A stretch of 64,000 nt of DNA from Octopus sinensis (Eukaryota). The stretch covers positions 8,432,001 to 8,496,000 of the forward strand of contig NC_043001.1 in assembly GCF_006345805.1 (NCBI RefSeq), written 5' to 3'. A model generated the notes under the pieces. That model was not told the origin of the DNA and did no database searches. It saw only the letters and a program-made list of their open reading frames with translations. Positions within the stretch are counted from its first letter, which is position 1; each line of letters starts with the position of its first letter. Of the stretch, positions 52,301-64,000 are shown piece by piece. A program made the position numbers and the translations under genes.

Positions 52301-52476
52301 CAACTAAATCAGGCGGTCCCATAGAGAATGATGCTACTGTTGATTTTAGCCGCACTAGAACATCTCATTCAGCCTGCTAGCAAGACAGTGTGTCGCTACT
52401 TAGCCGGAGTAAATGTCTCCCCTGGGGCATAAAACAACACTAGCATTGTCTTGTATGGGACCGCCAGATTTAGTTG
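52301..52476. mobile_element. Small foldback/MITE-like element with ~36-bp TIRs
   Basis: CAACTAAATCAGGCGGTCCCATAGAGAATGATGCTA versus TAGCATTGTCTTGTATGGGACCGCCAGATTTAGTTG; no clear TSD. Confidence 0.7.
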
Positions 52477-52591
52477 GCAATCTAATTTTACGATTTTCTA
52501 CTGTTACTGTATACTTTTTGAGAGATTTAAAGCTGCTTATACATACACACGTACATACATACATACATATATATACATATATATATATATA

Positions 52592-52622
<31 letters not shown>

Positions 52623-52627
<5 letters not shown>

Positions 52628-53638
52628 TAGATAAAACTTAGATATGTTTCGACCAGAGATTGGTCCAGGCCATGTCTAACTTAATAGCACCACCTGATAG
52701 GATTATTCGAATCCTGTTTAAGTCAAGTTTTGTTCAAGTAGTGAGTTCTTGTTGGGTGAGTTGTATCCAATTATGGGTGGCTTATCTGATATTCTTTGAA
52801 GGAATCTATCCTGACTCTGTTTAAAGTTGATGGGATCCTTTTCCTCTTTGATCTCCCTCGTGACTATGTTAAATAGGGCAGGGCCTGTTGAGGAAAAGAA
52901 ATTATGTTGCAGTGTACATGTATGTTGTGATCTTGAATTTGGTAGGGGACGTATAGCCCGTGGTCCAAGTCTTGGATGAACCTTGAAGCTAATGTTTAGG
53001 TCGTTTGGGCAAAGTTGGCGGTATATTTTCCACATCGTACAAATGATGTACCGCTCACGGCGACGCTGGAGGGAGTAAAGTTTCAAGGCTTTAAGGCGAT
53101 CCCAATAATCGAGAGCAGCCATGCCTTCAATTTGTTTAGTGAGAGCCCTCTGGGATGACTCAATTCTGGAGATGTTTTGTCTTGTGTGAGGAGACCACAG
53201 TGAGCAGCAGTATTCAAGGTGTGGCCGTACAAAGGAGGAAAAAAGTGGTATGATGACACATTGTTCTCTGGACCGGAAAGTTCTTAAGATCCAGGAACTC
53301 ATCCTACAAGCTATATCGACCTTCTTGTTGATGTGTGCACTCCAACTGAGATCGTCATCAACAATTACTCCCAGGTCTCTGATATTGTTAGAGGCTGTGA
53401 GCGGTTCCCCTGAAGGAAGAGAGTATGGTTGTTTTAGTGAGGAATTTCTTCCAAAATGCATCAGCTCAAATTTTCCCTCATTCAGTTGCATTTTGTTTCT
53501 GTCTGCCCATTGACTCACAGCATATAGATCAGACTGGAGTTGAGTTCGGTCTGCTTCTTCATTGACGATTTGCTGGAGCTTAGTGTCATCAGCGAATATT
53601 TTCACTTTGCAGTGATGTACGACACTGGAAAGGTCGTT

Positions 53639-53645
<7 letters not shown>
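52623..53645 (-). mobile_element. 5'-truncated CR1-clade LINE inside (TA)n
   Basis: Uninterrupted ORF2 C-terminus, a short 3' UTR shared with the 9565 and 16438 copies, and a short repeat tail. Confidence 0.92.
52718..53605 (-). CDS. Partial LINE ORF2: reverse transcriptase C-terminal part (not a complete gene)
   Basis: 295 aa: FADDTKL, LQSDL..V.QW..N.MQLN..K, RDLGV.VD..LSW..HI, VRPHLEYC..LWSP, LKLYSLQRRRER. Confidence 0.9.
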   Translation of the reverse strand: MKIFADDTKLQQIVNEEADRTQLQSDLYAVSQWADRNKMQLNEGKFELMHFGRNSSLKQPYSLPSGEPLTASNNIRDLGVIVDDDLSWSAHINKKVDIACRMSSWILRTFRSREQCVIIPLFSSFVRPHLEYCCSLWSPHTRQNISRIESSQRALTKQIEGMAALDYWDRLKALKLYSLQRRRERYIICTMWKIYRQLCPNDLNISFKVHPRLGPRAIRPLPNSRSQHTCTLQHNFFSSTGPALFNIVTREIKEEKDPINFKQSQDRFLQRISDKPPIIGYNSPNKNSLLEQNLT

Positions 53646-53697
<52 letters not shown>

Positions 53698-53723
53698 ATG
53701 TATGTATGTATGTATATATGAAT

Positions 53724-54091
53724 TACTACTACTGTGGCACTCCGTTGCTTGTGACGATGATGTTTCCACTAGATTAAATCAACGGAACAATCACCTCGTG
53801 AAATTAACGTGCAAGTAGCTGAGCACTCCACAGAAACGCGTACCATTAAAGTTTTTCTCGGGGAGATTCAACGAGACACAGTGTGTGAAAAGGCTGGCCC
53901 CTTGAAATACCGATACAACATAAGCAGGAAAAGTGAAAGTTACGGTAAAAGAATACTGCGGGGTTCAAGACCACCCGTTGCCGGAGCCTCGTGGAGCTTT
54001 TGGTATTTTCGCTCAATAAACAGTCACAATGTTTTATGTAGAAATCGAAACCGTGATTCTGCAGCCATAACCATGGGCCATTGCACCTCCA
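53724..54091 (-). mobile_element. tRNA-derived SINE (47149 family)
   Basis: Aligns along its length with 47149-47535. Confidence 0.8.
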
Positions 54092-54323
54092 TACACACAC
54101 ACACACACATATATATATGCGTAAATTTACACCCACCGCGTGCGAGTGCTTCGTATGTGAAGAATTGATAGGGGATTTCTATCTGTCAATAGAGATTGCA
54201 TAACTAAATGGTTTATGCTATTGCGTTCGTTCGACCTATATTCTGATGAGATCCACTCTATTGATTTCGATGTAGACACTTCAATTAAAGGGTTACGAAT
54301 GTTAAATGTTAAAAACCACACAC

Positions 54324-54380
<57 letters not shown>

Positions 54381-55691
54381 CTTATATATATACATATATA
54401 TATATATACTTATATATATACATTTATATATATGTACTTATATATATACATATATATATATACTTTTATATATATATATATATATACTTATATATATATG
54501 TATATACAAACACACATACACACAAGCTCACGCACACGCACACAGACACATACACACACACAGACACACACACAGACACACACACAGACACACACACACA
54601 CACTCACACAAACACTGGTATATCGCTACTTCTGAATGTGTTCCAAATACATTTGGCTCAAAATATTTTGGAGTTTGGTAAAAGTTTCTTCTGTAATTTT
54701 TATTTTGGGAACTAACATTAAGAAACGGAAAATTTATATATTGACATTTACGTAAGTGTTTTGCTGGGGTATGTTTTGATAGATGTATAATATTTTAAGA
54801 AAAAAATACGATGCGAAATATTTCATTTATTTACTAGGTTCCGAGACACACCGAACCTGATGTATATGTGCGTAAGTGTGTGTGTGCGTTTATGTGTGTA
54901 TGTATGTATGTGTGATTATGTGTGTGTCTAGTGATGTGCGTATGTACCTATGTGTGATCGTGTGTGTGTATGTGTGTTTCGTTGTGCTTTCTATGCGCTG
55001 AAACTCAAAAATATTTTGCACATAACGAAATATATATAAATTTTGTATTCTGAGGTGTGTATTGCGAACAATATTTAACACAACGTTACCATTATAGCAT
55101 CAACTTTTAATGTGTTTGCTTCATGAAGATCTTGGCAATCAATGAGAGATAAGAATCGAATCGAAAAGAAAGATGGTCGGCTTTTTCATGAATTTCGCTG
55201 AGACAGTATTACCCAGTGATCGCTTTCTCTTTTATTGTGCCCTGGGTCTTTGTAGTTATACACAGAAAATAATGCAGGCCTATGGAGGGATACTTCTCTT
55301 ATATGAGGAAGGCATCATCATGTCGGGCAAGTTCGTTTCGCAGTTGCAGGACAGCATGGAATATGGAGATGTTTGTTAATTCGTCTAAGATGTTGCATAT
55401 GGATATCAGCAAAACGTCTTATTCAGTGAATAGTAGACCATATATTTCCGAGAAATTCTGAGAGAACTGTGATCGCATGACCTTTAAGAAGATTTAAAAG
55501 ACCACCTGACATGACCCCACTCTTGCATTCAAAGTACTTTTAACGGATTTCTTATATGCAAAATATGCGTTTCGCCCTGAGGCAATGGGTATCATAGGAG
55601 GTACGAATAGAAACCATTAATATTTAAGGTATGATGCTGCGCTTATAAATGTGAAAAGAACACTCATTTCTTTTATATACTATATACAAGA

Positions 55692-55810
55692 GTGGAGGGG
55701 CAATGGCCTAGTGGTTTGGGTAGCGGGCTCGCGGTCGTGGGACTGCGGTTTCGATTCCCAGACCGGGCGTTAAAGCACCACGAGGCTCCCGCAGGAGGTG
55801 GTGACAAACA
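55692..55810 (+). mobile_element. SINE 5' head fragment (47149 family)
   Basis: GTGGAGGGGCAATGGCCTAGTGG...GGTTTCGATTCCCAGACCGGGCG...ACGAGGCTCC. Confidence 0.7.
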
Positions 55811-56038
55811 CTATTATTCAGTTTGCGGCCTCGTGTGAGGGAGTCAGCATATGCGTAGGTATTTGAGTCACTCTGGTATATGATTATCGAGGTATTATGT
55901 TGTTCTCCTCTAGTCATTCAAATGATTCATTCTCGTTTCCTTATCACTTCAAGAAATGCCTGTACCACAGATAATTTGGTTAGTTTTCAACCGCTACATC
56001 TACGAATTACTAGTTTTCTTATAATTCGATTTGTAAGC

Positions 56039-56290
56039 TGCAGTGTGAAAGGTGTTTATAAGCCATTTAAGAAACACACAAAAATCGTTAGATTCACTTC
56101 AACATCTAAATTTAATTAGCCAAAATGTTTTCGTCGCTTTGAGACTGCGACCTGTTCGCTGCATCGAAAATATTTTGGCAAATTAAATTTAAATGTTGAA
56201 GTGAATCTAACGGTTTTTATGTGTTTCTTAAATGGCTTATAAAAACCGTCCACGCTGCAATTGTTTTCGTTCCAGCACACGATCTCAGAT
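56039..56290. repeat. Foldback pair of the 9237-family repeat (~95-bp arms, 31-bp spacer)
   Basis: 56039-56133 is the reverse complement of 56165-56259 at high identity; spacer plus left arm hold a G3:C8 HHR variant on the minus strand. Confidence 0.85.
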
Positions 56291-56768
56291 AAGGTCACAT
56301 GCTATGCAAGTACATCTCGGTAATTTGTAAGTTATTTATTAGATATAGCGAGTTATTTTTACGGTGCTATAACATTATCTTCATCAATTCCCTAATACAT
56401 TTATTGGGTGTGGCATTGATGATATGACATTTCCCTTTGTTGATATACCTATACACTACATCGACATTAATCTCAAGTAGATATTATTATGTACACATCA
56501 ATTTCTCTTATGATTAAAGTGTCATACTTTTGCATAGATGTTATAATTTGGTTACATTTTTAAATATAATTTTATGTATTTTATATATCTTATATATTTG
56601 TATATTTTTTTAAAATTTTAATATGATTTTTGTATTAATACCTTTTTGTTCATGTTGGGTCCATTTTGGAAACCAGGATTACATTTTTTTTTTTTGTTCT
56701 TTCACTTTTATTGAATGTAATATACTTTCAAATTCCTTTATGATGCGCTTTGCCTGAGAGTGAAACCT

Positions 56769-56799
<31 letters not shown>

Positions 56800-57883
56800 A
56801 ACACTACTGTTCTTGATTCAACAAATTCTGTTGAATATATCTGTTCAATCATTTCTCCAATATTCTGGTAGTTTGTTTCTGTTGTAGGAAATCCTTGATG
56901 GCCCTTTTGCAACTTATTCTTTCATAGATTTTTAGTTTGCGGAAGGTTTTTAGGTTGTTAACAGATTTTGTTATAAAACATTTCTCTGGTGTCATTATTG
57001 TTTTCGTTAGGTCAGCCTCAATTTTATCACTGATTGCTCTGCTGTAATGTGTAATTCTGTTCCGTTCGCTATTAGTAAGTTGCGTCGAGAGCATACATGT
57101 ATTTTGTTGCGTGCGTCTTTGAGAATTTCTGATTTTTCACTATCATTTGGATTTTAGTTTGTTAATTTTGATGTCTGTTTCTGTTTGCTGTGATGTATTG
57201 TTTTGCTTTTTGTACGTTTTTTTCTATATCATTATGGCCAGGGCCTCATTTATCGTACATATTTTTTGTCTTTAGCGTGTTAAATGTTGTTCTTTGCGGA
57301 TTCGTGTGTGTTCTTTAGGTGGTGGGGTCTACTGTAATGCTTTCATTCGTTCGTCCGTTTATATATACACAGTAATAATATTTCATGTTCAGTGAATGTT
57401 TTTTGCATAAATTGTTCTGCTTTCCTTTTGGGATTCTTGTGGTAGTTTCTCTTAAAACTTTATATATTCGCGAATGTCATCGTAATGATATATTTCCTCA
57501 CGAATTCATATTAGTTATACATATTTCATTTCTGTTTTATAAAACAATTCTGTGTTGAAATTAGAGTTGATATCCAACATGCACGTTATAGTAGCTTAAT
57601 ACCCATTTTCTAAAGTGCACACTTTTTCTTCGCTTATTGAGGTTGAAGAGATAAGTGGGTCTTTGTTTCGAATTTTACTGTAAAAAAGTCACCGCTTCTC
57701 AGAAAAACTTTTCTTTTAATCATATAGTGGCCGCCATAATGGATAGTGTTTGAATCCTAAATCCCTGATATGACAGACATAGATCATTTGTCTGTTTTTT
57801 GTAGTTTTGTAGTCAAAGATTAAATCCAGTATTTCTTCTTCATTATTTATTGTACATTTTTATAGTCTATAATATCATATGTA

Positions 57884-58132
57884 GTGGAGGCGCGTGACAT
57901 AATAGTTATGGTGTCAGCATCATGATCGTAAGATTGTGGTTTCGAATCCTGGACCGGACGACGCGTTGTGTTCTTGAGCAAAACACTTCATTTCACGTTG
58001 CTCCAGTCCACTCAGCTGGCGAAAATGAGTAACGCTGCGATGGACTGGCGTCTCGTCCAGCTGGGGAACACGTACACCATTGAAACTGGGGAACCGGGCC
58101 CATGGGCCTGGCTAGGCTTTAAAAGGCAGCAT
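57884..58132 (+). mobile_element. tRNA-derived SINE with CORE/V-like central domain
   Basis: Head with GTTTCGAATCC, then GTGTTCTTGAGCAAAACACTT...CTCCAGTCCACTCAGCTG and GCGATGGACTGGCGTCTCGTCCAG. Confidence 0.75.
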
Positions 58133-58292
58133 GTATTATTTTAATTTTAATATCATGTGTGTGTGTGTGTGTGTGTGTGTGTATTATTTTGTAAAATACA
58201 CTTTCTGTGTAATAATCCCAAATGTAATAGTAAATGAATTATTCTTTATTCTTCGTATTGAAAATATTTTCTTTTACCTCCATAATTACATA

Positions 58293-59149
58293 ATCAGTGA
58301 TATGATCAATAAGTATCCGCGTTACGACGATAGTAACGAAGCCGAAGCACGCAGAGTGAAGCCGCATGGCACATGTTGTCTTTAACCTCTGCTGTGCATG
58401 CGCATTAAGTTTTAACGTTCTGGCTCACTACCGCTATTTATACCACTGGTTGGAATGAAGGTGTGTAGCGTGTGATCGTCGCATTGAATACGACAGAGAA
58501 AGTTGAGCAGAGAATTTGCATCGAATTTTACCGAACGCTTGGCGATTACATCTCAGAGGTTTCTGTAATGTTTTCAAACAGATTTCTTTGTTGTCGACAC
58601 ACAAGTGATCTTGTGTAACTGAAACCCGTGTGTCATTTTCGCCAGCTGAAAGCAGTTTTGGCACAAACATGGAAGACTCGTGTTTCATACACAAATCTTC
58701 AGTGATAATAGACTGAACTGAGCAGTAACTAATCTGCACATCCTCTGATAACTCATGGATTGTGATTCGACGATTTCCGCACAGAGCTGCAAGCACATCT
58801 GTGATGTCTTACTCATTCCAGTTGATTGCGGGTCTCCCAGAACATTTGTCCTTAAACGGTCATTTGCGTGTGGCTCATGAACACCTCTCCAAACACTTTC
58901 TGCAACTTTGTGTTGGCCTCAGAGCAGGTACACCATGACAGCTTTCTCTGTCATGTTCAATGCGATGATCACACGCTACACACCTTCCTTCCAAATACTG
59001 CTGTAAACAGTGGAAGTGAGCTAGAACGCTAAACATTACTGCGCCTGTATAGCAAATTTTAAGGAAAATTTGTGCCTAGTGGCGTTACTTTGCGTTGTTC
59101 AGTTTCGTTAATATAGCAACAGTCCGGATACATTTGATCAGACCCCGTA
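58293..59149. mobile_element. Non-autonomous mariner derivative made of two inverted 5' ends
   Basis: TIRs at both ends (right end ...GATCAGACCCCG|TA). Plus arm encodes TEKVEQRICIEF; minus arm encodes MTEK...GNRRITIHELSEDVQISY.SVQSIITEDL.M...FVPKLL. Confidence 0.85.
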
Positions 59150-59399
59150 TACATAAATGCATATTTCACCAACATAGTAAACGTCTAATAATCATATGCA
59201 ATGCATAACATAGGTAAAAATTCTCTATAAAGGTCTATATAGCATCAATTATATTTGCTTTTAGACATTTGCTTAAATTTGGTCGATTAACTGATATACA
59301 GTGTGAGTCAGTTTTCAGAGGTCATCTGTATGAATTTAGAAAAAGACACATTCCTCATCAAAGGAACGCTGCACTTGATGAATAGATACGAATAATTTG

Positions 59400-60150
59400 A
59401 AGCGGCCTTCGTCACACTTATTCAATGAATCCCACTGATAGCATCAATGGCCACTCCAAGACGGGATCAGATGCTTTGACAAACCAGAATCTGATGATCT
59501 TTATAGATTTTTACATGATGAGGGTTATGTTAGACTTGAGAGATTATATGACGTTATTGCAGTGTTGATTGATGTCACTCTTTCGATTCCGCAACACAGA
59601 TAACAGACTGAAGTCTGTAGAGATAGGATGTCATGTCTCTAGGAAAACATCCGCATGGAAATTGGCATGTATCCACTATTGGGTTCTCCTAGACTTATAA
59701 GAAGGCAGAAGGTCGCTTTCTTCTATCCAGCGCCTTGCAATTTCTCTGAAAGTTCCTCCTAAATAGCCCTTTTAAAAATGAGGAATGGTGACATCTCTCT
59801 CGCTTGTTCCAGGGCAATCGTATTTGTTGGAAACTTAGTACCGATGGAACAGAATACGGGTCCCGATCGAAGATGTTTTTTTAAGGAGAACCAACAGATT
59901 ATTGCAAGCTGTTGTTGTTTTAAATTATTGATCAGACATTTTCCACGGATCTAACGAATGTCTCATGTCACACCTGACATCAACTGACCCCTCCACATCA
60001 CATAATACTTGCACTGGTTATCCTTATGTACATTTCTTCTGATAATGCATTCTGAAACTATCTTAGCGTCATTAGCAATGGCTCTGATTGACTTCAGGGA
60101 ATTTTATCGATAATTTCTTGAACTTTTCGTATAAAGTTATGTGTTCTGAT
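59400..60150 (-). mobile_element. Heavily degraded LINE (CR1/L2-like) RT remnant
   Basis: Motif relics in order: IIRR..KDNQCKYY; KKAT..L.ISLGEPNSGYMPIS (~K.A...K.G...YRPIS); GLSKHL (~DLSKAFD). Confidence 0.45.
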
Positions 60151-60792
60151 GGTATAATGACCATGTAGGTGTGTTTTAGCGTTTCGCTACTGAGATTGGA
60201 TCTACGTCAGAAGTTTCGAGTTCATTTAGAAGATTGAAAAAGAAAGTTCGGGTGACTTTTCGGACGCGAGTATCTCCGTATTACAATACCACCTTTTCAT
60301 TTTTTGAGTCAACTTAATGTCTGACATAATTCGTTGGTAAAGTAAGTTTTAAATAAAATGCAAGCGTCTCAGAGAGAGGCAAAAATGTCATGCAATAGTT
60401 GTACTCGTTCTTTATGTCCTAGTTCCAAGAACATCCTGGGCTTCTTTAAGAAAGAGGCAATGGAAAGAGAACTTAATTGTACGTGAGAAAAATTATATCT
60501 GGAAAGAACGTGTAAGAGAAATGTGGAGCCTGAGAAACTTTGAACAAGTCAGTGGCACATAATGTGCCAGAACATCTCATGCTGCGACAGGAAGAATATT
60601 TGAAATTGAGCTCAAGCAAGTTGTAAAAGTTTCACACTACAAACTGTGTCAGAAATGGGGATTTGAAATTGGAAACACATGGCACAATCATCGAGTCGAA
60701 AGAGTACTGAAATCCTCGATGGGATGGGTCCCCCACCAAAACAATTTCGGGCCTTTTGCCTAGAGTAGAAAATATTATTATTATTAATTTCG

Positions 60793-61643
<851 letters not shown>

Positions 61644-62399
61644 TATCTTCATCGTCATCGTGTTTTCTTTTTTTATATTTTTCAGAATTTACTTGTTATT
61701 ACTACAGCAACATTTTCACAGAACGAAACGCTTCCTCGAAATTTTGTCGCTGTATTTGATTGATTTTTATGCGGGATTAAGTATAGCACATGGTAGAGTG
61801 ATGGTTTATTCTGAAAGACTCTCTTTCACTTTGTTTAATTTAAATCTAACTCTTCCCTCTGTTTTGCTTTGTCATAGACTTTTCTGTGTGTGCGCGCAAC
61901 GATAAATAAGTGTGACATTTTGTCGAACCATGTTCATTTGTTTGCATTTAACAATTCGCTTCTTAGATTTTAATGCCTTTCACGTTTACAATCTTTTATG
62001 ACGTGTTATGCAATTTATGTGATAATCATGAGTTGCTTTTCAAATAAATGTCGGATTTTACAACCCGCTATGCATATTACCAAATTCTTCATTTTGTCGT
62101 GAAGTTTGGTCCCGATTTTGGTACTTTATCAGTTGTATTTCATACGTTATGAGGATTAAATTTATAGTTGTCCATTATTTTATACTGCACTACCAAAATC
62201 TTCAAAGGAAAACAAGCACAATTTTACAGACAGTAACAAAACAAAAATATTTATAGACGTAGCATGCTACAGATGCCACACGATGTCACTTTGGAAGAAA
62301 ACGGTATTGTTAACATTCATATTGATATTGCATCATTAAGAACGGCAATAAAATCGTGTCAATGCATATATAAACAAAGCAAGGAAACGACATCATTTT

Positions 62400-62950
62400 C
62401 TCTTTTGCCCTTGCGTCCAACAGCAACTATATTTTGAGAATAAAATGGGAAATGAAAGTAAAGAATTTGCTTTGCAACACATTGTGAGCAAAATGTTGTG
62501 TCTTAACAGTAGTTGTTTAAGCAAATACAAGAGAAAATGTAAGTTACAAATTGATGCTTCACCAACAGCGGTCACAGCTCCCCCATGTAAATTTAGATAC
62601 AAATGAAGTATAGCTCTCATTGATATGTTGGGCAATGCCCTCCATAAACATCAACAATAAGTTATAGAACGGTGTGTCTGCTTGTAAGAATTGGTAACAA
62701 TGTATTGTGAACAAAGAACAGAGCAATGTGGACAAGTTTGTGGAATAACCAACTGTGGTATATGCTTTAGACTATCAGAAGGATCGAAGGATGTGAAATA
62801 CTCTCTAAGGATAGACAGCACTTCACATTGAAAAATAACTGCACTTGTGAATGTGGAAAGGGACCTTATACAAGCAGTTATATGTTCCAATTGTGAAGGA
62901 ACTTATTTTAGACAAACTGAAGATTATTTAAGGTAGCACATGTGAATCTG
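62400..62950 (+). mobile_element. Possible hAT transposase relic
   Basis: Weak motifs (VIERCVCL*ELV..Y; VPIVKELILDKL) amid many stops. Confidence 0.25.
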
Positions 62951-63906
62951 TATAGAACGTAAATTAAAATACGGAGAATATAGACAAAGAGAATTGAGTG
63001 AAGACATAGATGCCTATGCCTTTAACAGAATAAGCAAACTTTACTTGAGAACCATTTAACGATTTCATCACTCAAAAACAACACATCATCAAAACTACAA
63101 CCTTCATAAATTAATGCCAATGACACAGCTGTGACTAAGAAAGGAAAATAGCTGCTGCGAACCCCAGTTATTCGTTGCTGAAATTTTACTACCCCGAGTT
63201 AGACAAACAAATCAACGACTACAATAGCAGCTAGGATTTCTGCAGCTAATACTATCAGCCAGTTCTGCTGTAGCTGCCAATAAGTAATCAGAATGGAAAC
63301 GAAAGACCAGGCGAAAATGATTTTTGTGAACAACATCAGAGAAGTTTGGGAAAATCTGAGATTAATTTGACTTAATTCATTTAGGTTTATTGCTTTTATT
63401 TTAGCAGCAATAGTTTCTCTTTTTACGGCTTTGAAACTGGTAGAATAACTTGATAAAATATATTGAAATACTTTCTCACGTCATAAAGATGACGACTTTT
63501 TCAAATTATGTCTATAAATTTGCACGTGTGAAAACTATTAGTGTGTTGTATGAATACACACGATATTAAAATCTACACTGCACCTAAAGTGAACTCTCAA
63601 AAATTCTGGCTTTGCCATGTTCCAGAGTGTAATCTAATTCATAGATCGTTTCGGTGGAAGACAACTTGAAATCGTCTGCTTTGTTGTTTTTTTTTTTTGG
63701 TTCAATTAATGAGAACACGAAAAAAATCAATCAGAGATGGTGATTGGCTCACGATTAATGAAACCAATATATTGCCGACGTAGCATTTGCCTTTTGGCAG
63801 TACATAGGTTTAGAATAATTGTCTACCAACACACGCATAAACATGAGCACACACACACATACACACAGACACACACCCACGCCACACATGAACAAATACA
63901 TATATG

Positions 63907-63989
<83 letters not shown>

Positions 63990-64000
63990 GTATATATATA

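Noticed and set aside
54243-54275. CTGATGA-GATC...GATT as a hammerhead
   Set aside because: Followed by TCGATG rather than GAAA.
56820-57560. Lysine-rich broken minus-strand frames, possibly a retroelement N-terminus
   Set aside because: No diagnostic motif could be identified with confidence; needs a translated search against repeat protein libraries.
43457-58132. tRNA-like heads (43457, 47535, 55692, 57884, also 21468) as tRNA genes
   Set aside because: No complete cloverleaf or acceptor stem; each continues into a SINE body or tail.

Overview
AT-rich, microsatellite-saturated eukaryotic DNA. The mix of SINE, LINE, Helitron and Penelope repeats looks like a coleoid cephalopod, probably Octopus; that is inferred from repeat style, not from a search. 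I could not recognise any host protein-coding gene. Almost all long ORFs in the track are translations of (TA)n, (CA)n, (GATA)n, (CAT)n or (TAA)n tracts. The real coding remnants are transposon-derived: Tc1 and mariner transposases, CR1-like RT, R4/Dong-like RLE endonuclease and Penelope GIY-YIG. There are also tRNA-derived SINEs, three non-autonomous Helitrons with A|TC...CTAG|T ends, and MITEs. The most notable signal is a set of type-I hammerhead ribozyme (HHR) motifs in several unrelated repeat families, each with a palindromic or near-palindromic helix III. They are: (i) a 2.6-kb array of ~557-bp HHR-bearing monomers with an internal inversion, set inside (TA)n (retrozyme/Penelope-pLTR-like); (ii) an HHR with a compensatory G3:C8 core swap; (iii) a solo near-canonical HHR at 39855-39902; (iv) an HHR downstream of a Penelope GIY-YIG ORF. 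All folds were done by eye and ribozyme activity is untested. A few splice-bounded segments on both strands hint at an unrecognised spliced transcript, at low confidence.
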